A stretch of DNA of 64,000 nt from Takakia lepidozioides (Eukaryota; Plantae; Bryophyta). The notes beneath the pieces were generated by a model that was not told the DNA's origin, did not search any database, and saw only the letters and a list, made by a program, of their open reading frames with translations. How positions within the stretch are numbered: position 1 is the first letter of the stretch; each line of letters opens with the position of its first letter. A program made the position numbers and the translations under genes. Shown here piece after piece: positions 12,443 through 24,683 of this stretch. The stretch is taken from NCBI GenBank assembly GCA_030704615.1, contig CM060733.1, positions 21,328,001 through 21,392,000 of the forward strand. The letters run 5' to 3'.

Positions 12443-13101
12443 GTGTCACAAAATACTCCGAATATGTGGATCCAGAGAAGTGCAGGTATCTTGGGCGCTA
12501 TTGATTAAGTAGCTAGTTATCTTCCTCATCTCCTAAGGGTTTTGTACAAGGGATTCATTGACAATCCTTGTGGTTGTGACCAGATAAACTTTGGATGTGT
12601 CCACCTATTTTTTCTACATTTGCAAACATGTTTTTTAGAGACTATCCTGGGAGTTATTCCTTTGATGGTTCAATTGCGAGTTCTAGCTGCAATCTCCCTG
12701 TCCTTTATGTGGGTTATCCAAATACCATGTTCAATGTCACTGTGCATTTGGGTTTTGGAGCTGCTTTTGGCCTGAAGCTAATGTTTTTGTCTTAAATTTT
12801 TGGGTGCAGAGAAGTACCCCAACTCGTTCCACGGCAACACATGCCAGCAAGGGCTGCTACTATTCCACTTATCGTGGATGCTTCGGATGCTTTATAATCC
12901 TAATAAATGCCTTATTTTGGTGCCTATATAACCTGGTTTGTATTGCCTATGTATCCCCTTTCAACAGTGTATGTCTCTTTAACTTGACCCATGTGGAATC
13001 CAGAAATTGGTGTCTCAAAACCTTGCAATCATGAATTGTGGCCCAGATGATCAAAAAATGAAATTAGGAAGCCAAACAGGATCCAGCTTTGGAGGAGGAT
13101 G

Positions 13102-13590
13102 TCAGTCGAATGCCCACTGATTTTCCCTGCGGACCGTCTCCTCTTCCTCGGGTGTGAAATCGTTCTCAATCTTGAAGATCTTGCGAATCTCCTCTGGAGT
13201 CTTCTCTTTGATCATGTCAGCTACAGTCTGACATGCCAAGTCCAGCAAACCCTTGATGTTAAGGTAGTTCGCAGCCAAAATCAGGTCGAAGAGAGTGGCT
13301 TGGTCCACCTTGATGTACTCTGTGTCCCAGCTCTTCATGTCATCATCTTCAGGTTTCGCCTTCTTCTCCTCCTGCTCGTTACCAGTTGGCTTGCGCGCAT
13401 CAACATGTGCCCGGCAGTACTCAATAACTTTGGCGAGGATTGAACCTTTCACATTCGGCATGGGGATTAAGTGCTCCATCCCTGTTTCCTCTATCAAATT
13501 CTTAATGGTCTCCGACTCTAACGCAACTTCGGTATTGACCTCGAACATCTGTTCGTCAGAGCTTCGCAGCTTCACCTTATCACCAGACAT
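13102..13590 (-). CDS. SKP1: SKP1/ASK-family SCF adaptor, 162 aa, intronless
   Basis: [12 protein letters not shown]...[18 protein letters not shown]...[65 protein letters not shown]; uninterrupted ORF. Confidence 0.97.
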   Translation of the reverse strand: MSGDKVKLRSSDEQMFEVNTEVALESETIKNLIEETGMEHLIPMPNVKGSILAKVIEYCRAHVDARKPTGNEQEEKKAKPEDDDMKSWDTEYIKVDQATLFDLILAANYLNIKGLLDLACQTVADMIKEKTPEEIRKIFKIENDFTPEEEETVRRENQWAFD

Positions 13591-13751
13591 GGTGGCAGTT
13601 ATTCTCACTCCCACAATCCGCAATCCTCACTCTACTTACACAGAGAAAGCAAACAGCCCAAAAGCTAGCCTTCTCTCTCCTCCAAATCTCTCGAGCCCTT
13701 CAACTGCGATTGCACGAAGATAGATGGACACACAGGCCTGGCTTCGCCCAC

Positions 13752-13758
13752 TTATATA
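13752..13758 (-). promoter_or_regulatory. TATA box for SKP1
   Basis: TATATAA on minus strand ~160 nt upstream of the ATG. Confidence 0.55.
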
Positions 13759-14043
13759 CACACCCTTCGCCTTTTTACTCATCTATACCCGGTAAAAACA
13801 AATAGCCCATTTTAGGCCCCAAAACATTTTTTTTCTTATTTTTGTTTTTTAAAGGGAAACACCCTCAGGCCCCTTAATAGTGAGAGGAGAAAATAACCTC
13901 TTTCACAGTAACTTTTTTTAACGGGCATTATGTTTTCTTTTTCTGTTTTGGGCACCTTACTTCTTTTTTCGTTTTTTGTTCCTTTTTTTCTTTTTTCTTT
14001 TTTCTTTTTTCTGGCACCTTACTCCCCAAGCCTCAACTTGAAG

Positions 14044-14323
14044 CAGTGTTTTTAATTCTGGCGAAATTTCGCACTTTTTCGACCTCAAAAAAACAATTCG
14101 AATATTCTGTAGTATATTCTTTCATGTATGAAATCGCCAAAATTCTCCTGCAAGAAAATAAATCTTGGATGAATTCGCCTAATATGGATGATATACATGG
14201 ATGAAAGTACATAGGAGGATGATTCTGTCCAAATTTCAGTGGATGAACAGAAAATATGGCTATTTCCTGCAAAACTTAGTAGCCACTCCTGTTATTTTCC
14301 AAATTTTGAAAAAAACAACACTG
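14044..14323. mobile_element. MITE with CAGTGTT...AACACTG termini
   Basis: Short TIRs and GGCGAAATTTCGC motifs; diverged inverted copy at 41690-41947; no TSD seen. Confidence 0.7.
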
Positions 14324-15077
14324 CTGGGTTGCCACAAGGTTACTTTTTCCTTGTTTTTTTCTTGTTATTTTTATGGAGCCTCTCATTTTACAATAATTGG
14401 GACGTTATGGAGCATGCACGAGCTGACCGGTGGGCCCCGCGCACGGACGCCCGGCTCCCCCCACCCGGACCCCCGCCCACCTGCTGCCGCGGCCCACCGC
14501 CGCGCCCGCGGCAGCCTTGCCCGCGCTCCGCCGCGCCCCCAGTCCGGCACGGCCAGTCCGCCTGCCAGTCTGCTGCCCGTGAGTCCAGTCCCCTCAGTCC
14601 GCCAAACCACCAGTCTGCCGGCCAGTCTGCTGTGCACGCTAGTCCGCTGTGCCAGTCCCCGCAAGTCCACCCAACAGTCTGCTGTGCCCGTCTGCTGCCC
14701 CCAGTCTGCCAGTCTGCCAGTCCGCACCGGCGGAAGGATCTGGATCGTCCATTCTGAGAAACCCATCCACGCCATCCATGCCAGTCCGTTGTGCCAGTCC
14801 CGGCCAGTCCACCCAACAGTGTGCCCGCCAGTCCGCCGCCCATGAGTCCGGTTTCCTCCAGTCCACTGATGATGCCGCATCTGGACCGTCCGTTCGCAAA
14901 TGCCATCTGAGCCCTCCATTTTTAGGGCATGAATTGAAACCTTATCCCTGCCGCCTGCCACTTGCCAGCAGCCACGAACGTGCGCACTGATGCTTCTTGC
15001 ACGTTGTCCATCGTGTCCAGTGTACTGCGGCGCGTTTCTTGCAGGTTCTGAAGCGGGTCCTCTGTACTGTATAGGGC

Positions 15078-16551
15078 ATGGACGTGGAAGCAGAAGGTGA
15101 TGATATACTAAAAACGGGATGTTGGATTATACGGCCTCTTCGACAAAGTTTGCAAACACCCAAACCAGGACCCTTCAACAAGAAGGACCTCCAATGGAAG
15201 AGAGACACGCAATATGGTTATATGGGTGCCAGACAGAATGTTCTAAAGGCCTACATACCGTGGGATAGAGTTTGATGACTTTCTCCTTGGAGAGGAGAGT
15301 TTGGTGGACTACCCCACTCAGTTTTGGGTGAATGTCCATACTAAAGTGCAACCTGGCATGCTAAAAGAGCCGAGAGCCAGCAGTTCTCTGAACAGTATCA
15401 TGTGTGCTCCATCCTCATCGTCCTTTTGTAGTCTGATTGCCTGTTTGTTGCCATTTTTTGTACCCACGTTCTGTGATTTCATGCTTCCACAAGTCGATGG
15501 ATATCCATTGTGATTTTTATGTCCATGTATCAATGCTGCTATGGTCCAGATAACAAGCGCACCAACAATGCGATAGTGGAAGATCCCAAACTGAAACATG
15601 GAGGACCTCTTCTGGGTGCTGGAGCATCTCACCCTCATAAAGGCCCAAGGAGAAAGAAGTCGGAATATGGAGAGTCTTACAAGCGTGGTTGCCAGTGCTG
15701 TTTCAAGGTCCAGCAATGCTATTTCGCCCCCGATATTTGTGTCCTCACGTACTACAACAATATGGAGCATACAGACGCGAAAGGGAACGTCTGTCATGGG
15801 AAGTCCGTTGAGTTCAGGATCACTCGCCATGCCTACGCACCACACATTAGCGAGGAATTGAAAGCATGGGTCATGGAGTGTCTGTGCCGAGGCCTGTCAG
15901 TCGCCCAAATCATGATGGAACATAAAGAGCACGTCATGAACAACACTGGGTTGGGGGATGCATGGACACGAGACAATTTTTTGCTAGAGCAGGATGTGCG
16001 CAACCTGGCCGAGAAACGGGCGTGGCAAACATTCAAAAAACATGCCAATGATGCGGAGAGTGTCCGCATGTGGAAAGACCAGAACCCGAAATCGGTCTTC
16101 TTCTATTAAGAGGAAGAATTGGCGCCACCATTCAAGCACTACGATGACGACTTAACATTCACAATCGGCATACAGACTGAGTGGCAGAAGAAGCGAATGC
16201 TTCAATTAGGCCATGCCCGTATCGTTGCATGCGATGCAACCTTCGGGACAAATCACCACAAGGTACTCTTCATCCCTTTCACAATTTATCCACTTGCAGA
16301 AGTAGTGGATGTACGCACACTGGCAGCATCTGACATTCTGAATTTGAACAGTTCCCATTGTACACGTTGATGGTCTTCGACGAGTGGCTTAACGGTATAC
16401 CAGATACGTACATCATATGCGCACGTGAGCGGACAACAGACCTGGTGCCGTGGATGGCAGCCTTGCGGGACTCTCTCATCGCAGAAATGCCGGACTGGCG
16501 ACCCAATGCCTTCATTGTGGACGATGTCGACGCCGAAATAAACGTCATTAC
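15078..16551 (+). pseudogene. MULE transposase 5' exons (At1g60560-like SWIM/MULE type)
   Basis: KRGCQCCF..H...CHG; FTIGIQTEWQ...DATFGTN; FPLYTLMVFD..NGIP; WRPNAFIVDD..AEIN; internal stops. Confidence 0.85.
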
Positions 16552-16589
16552 GTAAGTTTCACGTACCCTCCTGTATACTCGCGTGCAAG

Positions 16590-17086
16590 TCCGTTGTCTG
16601 CGTCCATTGTCTGTCTCTTCGGCAAGTCCCCTGCCATACAACGCAGTCCTGGCTGCAAGTCCAGCCCATTCATTTCTGCAAGTCTGCTGGCAAACCAGTC
16701 CGCTGATAATGTCCTCTAGCGAAGTCCGCTGGAAGACTCACTTGCGCAAGTACGCTGCAAGGTCAGTTTGCTCGGGTGTGCTGCCAGCAACGTCTGGGTA
16801 AGTCTGCTGCCGGTCTCCTAAGGGCAAGTCTGCTGGAGGGGACTGTTCGCAAGCAGTCCGCTGCAAGACTCACGTGCACCAGTCTGCTGCGACCTCAGTC
16901 TGGTCCAGCAAGTCCGCTGGCAGGCAGGTTCGCCGGAGGGGACTGTTCGCAAGCAGTCCGCTGCAAGACTCACATGTGCCAGTCTGCTGTGACCTCAGTC
17001 TGGTCGAGCAAGTCCACTCGCAAGCTAGTCCGCCGGATGGGACTATTCGCAAGCAGTCCACTGCAAGACTCACGTGCGCCAGTCTG
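16590..17086. repeat. 100-bp tandem repeat in MULE intron (left part)
   Basis: gacctcagtc at 16891 and 16991; unit gacctcagtctggtccagcaagtccgctgg...gcaagactcacgtgcgccagtctgctg. Confidence 0.9.
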
Positions 17087-19069
17087 TACTATCGTAATAC
17101 GGTACAGATGGCCGACTTCACCCTGTTGGTTTTCGTTCTCGCAAATTTTCCGTTGCGGAGATCAATTATGAAATCCATGACAAAGAACTTCTAGCGATTA
17201 TTGATGTTTTTGAGGAGTGACGACATTTATTGGAGGGAGCTAAACATCAGGTCACTGTCTATACCGATCACAAAAACCTCGAATATTTTATGAGTGCTCA
17301 TGTTTTGAATCGACGTCAAGCGAGATGGAGTATGTCACTAGTAAGGTTTGATTTTGTTATTACCTACCGTCCCGGACATCTTCAAGGAAAACCACATGCT
17401 CTTTCTCGACGATCATATCTTGCGCCAAAAGAAGGGGATGCAGTTTTTGACCAACAAAAATTCATTATCTTGAAACCAACAAATCTTCAATTGAATATGC
17501 TATCCATGTCCACCTATGACGATGCAGAGATCATAAAGGAGATTTAGGAAGCACTGAAGAGCGACCATTTTGCTACGACACGACGAAGTCAACTAAATCA
17601 ACCTCGAGACAACCCACATGTTACAAACGACTTCGAATTCAAAGATGGCTTACTTTACTTCAAGGGACTTCTCTATGTACCTCCAGGGCCTACACGACTT
17701 CCAATTCTTCAAACATGTCATGATCTTCCGGCTGTAGGACATTTCGGCTTCAACAAAACATTAGAGTTGATATCCAGGGACTATTGGTGGCCGCAGAGAT
17801 GAAAACTCGTGAAAGAATTCATAAAATCTTGTGACACGTGTGCTAGAGCGAAGGGACCACGACATCAACCTTACGGCCTTCTTCAACCATTACCCATTCC
17901 CGAGGGTCCATGGTCGTCCGTGTCTATGGACTTTATTACGGACCTTCCAATTTCCAAGACCACCAATTCAATCCTTGTTATTGTAGATCGTTTTACGAAG
18001 ATGACACATTTCATTCCATGTAATAAGACGGTTATCGACGAAGAAACTGCAAGATTCTTCCTCAATAATATCTACCGCATTCATGGACTTCCAAAGGACA
18101 TCGTATCTGATCAAGGACCACAGTTCATATCAAATTTCTGGAGGGGATTATTTCACATATTGGATACTAAGATCAACCTCTCTATAGCTAATCATCCACA
18201 GACTGATGGTCAAACCGAACGTGTAAACCTCTGAAATTGGCTGAGTTTGCCTACAACAACATTATACATTCTTCGACCAAGCAAACTCCATTTTTCTCCA
18301 ATTATGGTCGTCATCCTCGAGCAAACCATTTCCACATGAAGACTGTTGGAAGCCCTGCTGCAGAAAACCTTGCTACTCATCTAGTTACGATTCACAAGGA
18401 GCTTACATCCCACCTCGTAGAAGCTCAAAAACAATACAAGGAGTATGCAGATCAACGTCGCCAACTCCAACCCCAGTTCAAGGTCGGAGATCATGTGTGG
18501 CTTCTTCGACGAGACATACAAACCTCGCGACCATCAAGGAAGTTGGATTATCAACGCCTGGGACCATTCAAAATTATTCGACAAATAAATCCGGTCAGTT
18601 TTCGGCTTGAACTCCCACGAAGTATGTGCATCCATCCAGTCTTTCATTTTTTATTATTGGAGTTGTATCATCCATCGAATATTCCAGGGAGAGTCTCCGT
18701 ACCACCTCCACCAGTCGAAGTCAATCAAGAACTTGAGTATGAAGTCGACGAAGTCCTAGACTCTCGCATCAAGTATAAACGTGTTGAGTATTTCGTACAT
18801 TGGAAAGGCTATGACATCAGCAAACGAACGTGTGAACCTTCATCCAACCTCGCCAATACCTCTGACAAAGTCCAAGAGTTTCATCAACAATATCCAGCTA
18901 AGCCCCGAGCTACACGTCAATAAGACGTCACAACGATGATGTCAGCCAAGTTAGCTTCAAGGTGAAGACTCCACATTCAATGTACCTGATACATGCTAAG
19001 GAGGGATGAGCACCACACATCAGTATATATAGCTACACTTCCAGCACTCTTGCATCTTGTATTGGCAGC

Positions 19070-19471
19070 ATGGAGTCACAGGAACCAGATACATTGGAGT
19101 TGTCGCTTACCCAGCTACCAGATCAGCCATTCCGACTCTCACGACCTTCAACATCACGCCGACGCTCTCAAGACGATGGGCCACCAATACGACGCGTATT
19201 TTCTCGTCTGAACCCCGTACGACGGCAAGTGGAGCCTACTCGAAGTCTGATAATTCTGTTGGAGGTTGAGGCTTCGGACCTAGAGGGTAACGAAATCATG
19301 TTTGAAGGGAGCTTCCAAAATCAGAATGCTCAAATCACTGCGTGGTCCCAAGTTCAAGGTGTTGGACACTATCGATGGTTGCAGGGACCTATAAATCATT
19401 TGAGTCAAGAACGAAGAGCCGAATACTTGGCAAGTACCATTCGCCGGATTTTGGATTTTCTCCAACTCTAA
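19070..19471 (+). CDS. Accessory ORF (133 aa, unknown function) between chromodomain and 3' LTR
   Basis: Open ATG-TAA frame in an otherwise mutated element; TATATATA at 19024-19031, ~45 nt upstream. Confidence 0.5.
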   Translation: MESQEPDTLELSLTQLPDQPFRLSRPSTSRRRSQDDGPPIRRVFSRLNPVRRQVEPTRSLIILLEVEASDLEGNEIMFEGSFQNQNAQITAWSQVQGVGHYRWLQGPINHLSQERRAEYLASTIRRILDFLQL

Positions 19472-19526
19472 GCAAGTCCAAGATTTTACCGCTCCTCGAG
19501 GAAATCGGCGCTAGAGGAGGGGGTGA

Positions 19527-20158
19527 TGTCACGGACATAGCCTAGAAGAACTTACTAGGAGTAAATACCAGAAGTTATCAAGTTACCATGTTACCGAAAG
19601 TTATCATGACTTACCATGATTTATCATGATCTACCATGATTTACTATTACTTACCAAGTTACCGGGAGTTTATCAAATTACCAAGAATAACTTGGGAAAC
19701 TACTCAGGAAACTTCCTTTGGAGGAAACTTCTCCATCAAGATACCTCATTTGTTTAAGGAAGCTTCTCCATCAAGAAACCTTTGTTTAATCTTGGAAACT
19801 TCTCCAGCAAGAAACCTCCATAGGGGAAACTTCTTAGGGAAGCTTCTTAGTAGCCAGTATATATAGGAGGCAAGACTGGACACTCTTCAGTCTCGCCAAC
19901 ACCAGTTCAAGCTACTCTTGTTTCCAGTTCCCAGTACTCTAGCCCAGTTTCCAGTATCTGGTACTCCAGTCCAGTTTCCAGCATTCCAGTATTCAAGTCG
20001 TGTTCCAATATCTTGTACTCTTGTTCATTGTTATAAAGATCATCTTGATTCATATTTACTCATCGTGCATTCGGCCACGCCGACCTTGATTTCTTGTCTA
20101 GCATTGTACCTCTAGTTTTATCTCTTGCTTGTGTTCAGTCATGTTCTCGTCCTTGACA
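19527..20158 (+). repeat. 3' LTR (632 bp)
   Basis: TGTCA...TGACA; TATATATA at 19858; matches 23731-24090 in inverted orientation. Confidence 0.92.
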
Positions 20159-20565
20159 CTCTACGTCCAGTCATTTTGTCTTTCCCCATCCTCAGTCTTG
20201 TCTTCAAGTTTCCATGGTATGCCTCAATGCTAGCATTGATGTCTTGACTGGCATGCGGAACATGGCGAGCTGCTGTACACCATCTTGCTATTTTAGGACG
20301 TCATTCCTTATCGATGTAGTCCAGAAATTCATGCCCATTGGGATATTTCTTTCTCATGCGTTGGAACGTTGTTGCTACCCATGCAAGACCTTCTTTGGGA
20401 TTGATTGGTCCACCTCTACAGTACATGAGGTCTCCCATATCTTTCAGCAAGTTTGCGGCAGTGATAGGATCTTTGGTTTTCGCGCATGATTGCTTCACCC
20501 AAGCCCGCCGAACATGCCAAAGGCACAGGAAAATTAGCACTCCTCGAAAAACAACCTTGCAAAGT
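20159..20565 (-). pseudogene. Next MULE transposase exon, now inverted
   Basis: VFRGVLIFLCLWHVRRAW...FLDYI...W....R...ASQDINASIEAYH..LK; follows the DD..AEIN exon in this family; cut by the LTR at 20158. Confidence 0.85.
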
Positions 20566-20689
20566 ACACATGCCCACATGAGAGACTTCAAAGAGGACTT
20601 GGCCAGTGGATTTGGGCACTAACCCAGTAGACTGGTCTGCCTGTCTGTTCCAAACAGATTCAGGCAGTAGACTCGCTCACTCTGACCTG

Positions 20690-21058
20690 TCATGAGTGTT
20701 GCCCTCATGACACCGCCAACAGATCTGACCACGCTGACCTCACAGCGGACTTACGTAAGTGAGTCTTGCAACAGACTTGGCCAGAGGGCATCCCGACCGG
20801 ACTGGGTTGCCAGCAGACTTCCGAACAGTCCCCTCCGGCGGACCAGAGTGAGGTTGCAGCAGACTGACGCACGTGAGTCTTGCAGCGGACTGCTTGCAAA
20901 CAGTCCTCTCCGGCGGACCTGCTTGCCAGCGGACTTGCTGGACCAGACTGAGGTCGCAGCAGACTGGCGCACGTGAGTCTTGTAGCGGACTGCTTACAAA
21001 CAGTCCTCTCCGGCGGACCTGCTTGCCAGCGGACTTGCTGGACCAGACTGAGGTCACA
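20690..21058. repeat. 100-bp tandem repeat (inverted continuation of 16590-17086)
   Basis: gaccagactg at 20941 and 21041; reverse complement of the left array. Confidence 0.9.
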
Positions 21059-24000
21059 AGTGCAAAGTCCGATGCATCTACTTCTAAGAAGAATGGTTTA
21101 GATGGGTCTGCATGTACCAGTATTGGAGCCGTTGTAAATGCCTGCTTCAGCCTTTCAAATGTCTGGTCAGTTTTTCCTCCCATACAAATTTGTCATTCCC
21201 TGTGAGTCGTGTCAATGGTGCAGCAATTTTGGAGTAGTCATTGATGAAGATTCTACAGAAATTTGCAAAGCCCAGAAAACATTGTACATCTCGGACCGAA
21301 GTTGGTTTAATCCACTCGATGATGGTTTGTATTTTCTTCTGATCCATAAAGACGCCTTTGTCGGAAATAATGTAGCCCAGAAATTCAACCTCAGATTGAT
21401 CGAAAATATATTTCTCCAACTTGACATATAATCAACTTTCTCTTAATTTATCAAGAACAAGGCGTACATGGCGGCCATGTTCATCTTCATTCTGTGAAAA
21501 TATCAAAATGTCGTCCAAATAAATGACTACAAAGTCATCTAAAAATTCTCGAAAGATGTCATTCATCATATGTTGGAAAATTGCTGGAGCATTGGTAAGA
21601 CCGAAAGGCATAACACTGTATTCAAAATGTCCATACCTTGTTCGAAAAGCTGTTTTCCATTCGTCTCCTTCTTTTATCCGTACAAGGTTATAGGCTCATC
21701 TCAAGTCGATTTTGGTGAAAATCTTCGCTCGTCCCAGCTGGTCGAGAAGCCCAGAAATCAACGGCAACGGATAACGATTCTTGATTGTGACTTTGTTGAG
21801 ACCGCGATAGTCGACACACATGCGTAATGATCCGTCCTTCTTTTTCACAAACAAGATAGGCGCCCCGTGGGTGATTTTGAATGTCGGATGAAGTTCTTCG
21901 ACAAATTTTCATCAATGTATTCACGTAATGCAGCCAACTCCGTCTGGGATAAGTTATAGATTAGGCCGAATGGTGGTTGGGCTCTTTCTTGTAACTCAAT
22001 TGCACAGTCATAAGGTCGATGTTCTGGCAACATGTCTGCATTTTTCTTCTCGAAGACATCTTTGAAATCTTGATATTGAGCGGGTAATGTTGAAATACTT
22101 TTGTCTGTTGTGGTCTTGATCGGAGTCGCATAAAGTGCAAATGTCGCCTCCTTTTTGGTAGCTCTCATGAAAGCTCTAGCTCCAAGGAATAGGGGTTGAA
22201 TACCTTTGATATTTCTACATTTTTGTCTTGTAGAAATTTTTCGCGATCGCCAGTCGATGTCGGGATTGTGAAGTACGAACCAGGGAAGTCCAAGGATCAC
22301 AGGATTCGTTGGAGACTGGACGACATTAAAAACAATATGTGATGTTTGATCTTTAAGCTTCACTTCAAGTGGTCGAGTCTCATGGTCCACATTTCCTGAT
22401 GCTAACGGTCGTCCATCGATGACTTCAACGGGGGCCGAAAGTTTCTTCTTTACGAGCGTTAAATTGTGTTGTTTCGCAAAAAAATTGTCCATAAAACAAG
22501 CTGAAGCTCCTGAGTCCAAAAGTGCTTCTACAACGATATCTCAATTTTGCACTCTGATTTTTACCTGAACTATGAAGCGAGGTGCAGGGTCTTGAGGTAG
22601 AAAGAGACTTTTTTTCGGTAAGAAATTTGTGGTGTCCAGCCGCATGGTCCCTACTGTGACTGGACATCGTCGTTTTCCGACCTCCTCGTATCGAACACTT
22701 GAGTTGTGCCCCGAGCTTTGAATCTTCTCTTGTTGGGGCAGTTTAATGTTATGTGATCTTCTTCTCCGCAATAGAGGCATAATCCATTCGAGCGCCGTCT
22801 TTGTTTTTCTTGTGGCGTTAATGGTTTGAATCGGACATCATCAATCTACATAGGATCACTACTGGATGTCTGATGGATCGTTGTATTTGGCGTCGTAATA
22901 GCAGTGACATGATGCGTCGTCGACCATCCAGATCGCTTCTCTTGACGTCTTTCGAACAAACGATTATCGCATGCAATGACTTGGGTGATGAATTCACTTA
23001 GTGTGCTCACGTTTGGCATTGTCAACAATAAATTTTTTACATCATTTTTTAGTCCACATCGAAACTGACTAATGAGGCTCTTCTCATTCCAGTCGAGGTC
23101 GCACGCAAGTTGTCGAAATTCGACAGCATAAACGGAAGCAGGACGTGCTCATTGTCAAAGATTTCGCATCTTTGTTTCTGCAACTCTCTCTCTATCATTC
23201 TCTCCAAACGTTGCAGTGAACTCGGACATGAATGCTTCAAAATTATATAGTAAATACGATTTTTTTTTCTAATAGCAGTGCAAACCAAGATAGGGCAGTG
23301 CCTGATAGAAGGGTGCCCACGAATCCCACTTGAATACCTTCATCGAGGTAGCGTTGTGGATGTAGTCGTAGGAACAGTCGTACTTGTTGGACAAAACCGC
23401 GAAATCTTGATCTCGTCCCATCAAATTTCTTGAGCATGCTGATCTTTGGTTCTCTCGTAATCTGTTGAAGAGGAACCGTTGCAGTAGGAACTGTTGCAGT
23501 AGGGACTCGTATGGTTGAAGATTCATTGTTCGACTTCTTTAACTCTGAAATTTGTTGTTGCAAATTATGGAGAGCGTTGCCAAGATCTTGAGACTGATCA
23601 GCTTGCAATTGGGTGGTAGATGTACGAAGTTCTTGCATCTGGAGCTGAAGACTCTGCAATGTGGTGACCATTTCCGCAAATGTGCCTTCCATCTTAACTA
23701 ACTAAAGAACAAATTTTAGTCTCGTCAAACTGTCAAGGACGAGAACATGACTGAACACAAACAAGAGATAAAACTAGAGGTACAATGCTAGACAAGAAAT
23801 CAAGGTCGGCGTGGCCGAATGCACGATGAGTAAATAAGAATCAAGATGATCTTTATAACAATGAACAAGAGTACAAGATATTGGAACACGACTTGAATAC
23901 TGGAATGCTGGAAACTGGACTGGAGTACCAGATACTGGAAACTGGGCTAGAGTACTGGGAACTGACTAGAGTACTGGAAACTAGAAACAAGAGTAGCTTG

Positions 24001-24090
24001 AACTGGTGTTGGCGAGACTGAAGAGTGTCCAGTCTTGCCTCCTATATATACTGGCTACTAAGAAGCTTCCCCAAGAAGCTTCCCCTATGG
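21057..24090 (-). mobile_element. 5' half of the same chromovirus: truncated 5' LTR (23731-24090), gag, protease, RT, RNase H start
   Basis: EPKIS..KFDGTR..FRGF (gag), DSGAS (protease), [37 protein letters not shown]; 5' LTR homology stops at 24090. Confidence 0.92.
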
Positions 24091-24683
24091 CACACCGGAC
24101 TTATATCCTTACAGACCAACAGTCCAACAGACCAGATTGATATCCCATCAGAACCACGCTTGGCGTCGCCGTCATGCCGTGGTTGCATTTCATCCGTCCA
24201 GCAGACTTGCATATGCCCATACTCATGGCACAACACACTGCTTAGAGAAAGTACTGACAAAGACGCAGTCGAAGAGCCTGTTGATCCACGCGCATTTGCA
24301 GTCGTAAGGACCTCGAACATCCACAAGCAACGTGAATCCACATCTCTTAGGCTACGTCTCATTTCCCATTGTCCAGTTTTCAAGGAGACGGTAGTGATTG
24401 AGATGTGATGTTTCAGGAGGTGCATCTGGATGTTTGAGGACCTTTGGACTGGACGGACTGGTTTCCGTTCACACTCTCCGCAGTTCCCAGACATGTGGTG
24501 GCAGAGACTTTCTCCCCTGAACAGTCTCATCGGTGGACATAAATTCTGCAATGTATACACGCCCCCACGTGCATATGCTTCCGCGATTTCCGCTATCGTG
24601 TTACCAATGGTTTCCTGCTCTATACGAAGGAGCTCGGACTCGGAGACACACCACAAACCGAAACACATACAATTTTTCCACAT
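24091..24683 (-). other. Unidentified ORF inside right MULE end, convergent to the transposase and truncated by the LTR
   Basis: ~200 open codons, Cys/His-rich (CPP...CHHMSGNCGEC); no family recognised. Confidence 0.3.

Larger units (their letters stand above)
17083..20158 (+). mobile_element. 3' half of Ty3/gypsy chromovirus (Tcn1/Tf1-like): RNase H-integrase-chromodomain-PPT-3'LTR
   Basis: [64 protein letters not shown]; PPT agaggaggggg before TGTCA at 19527; several stops. Confidence 0.92.

Noticed and set aside
13591-13623. N-terminal extension of SKP1 in the ORF track
   Set aside because: Non-ATG start; the ATG at 13590 matches the family start.
14201-14990. Overlapping long ORFs on both strands (also 24863-25565)
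   Set aside because: By-products of GC-rich MULE TIRs.
16590-17086. Regular repeats resembling a CRISPR array
   Set aside because: Head-to-tail 100-bp units with no unique spacers, no cas genes, eukaryotic context.
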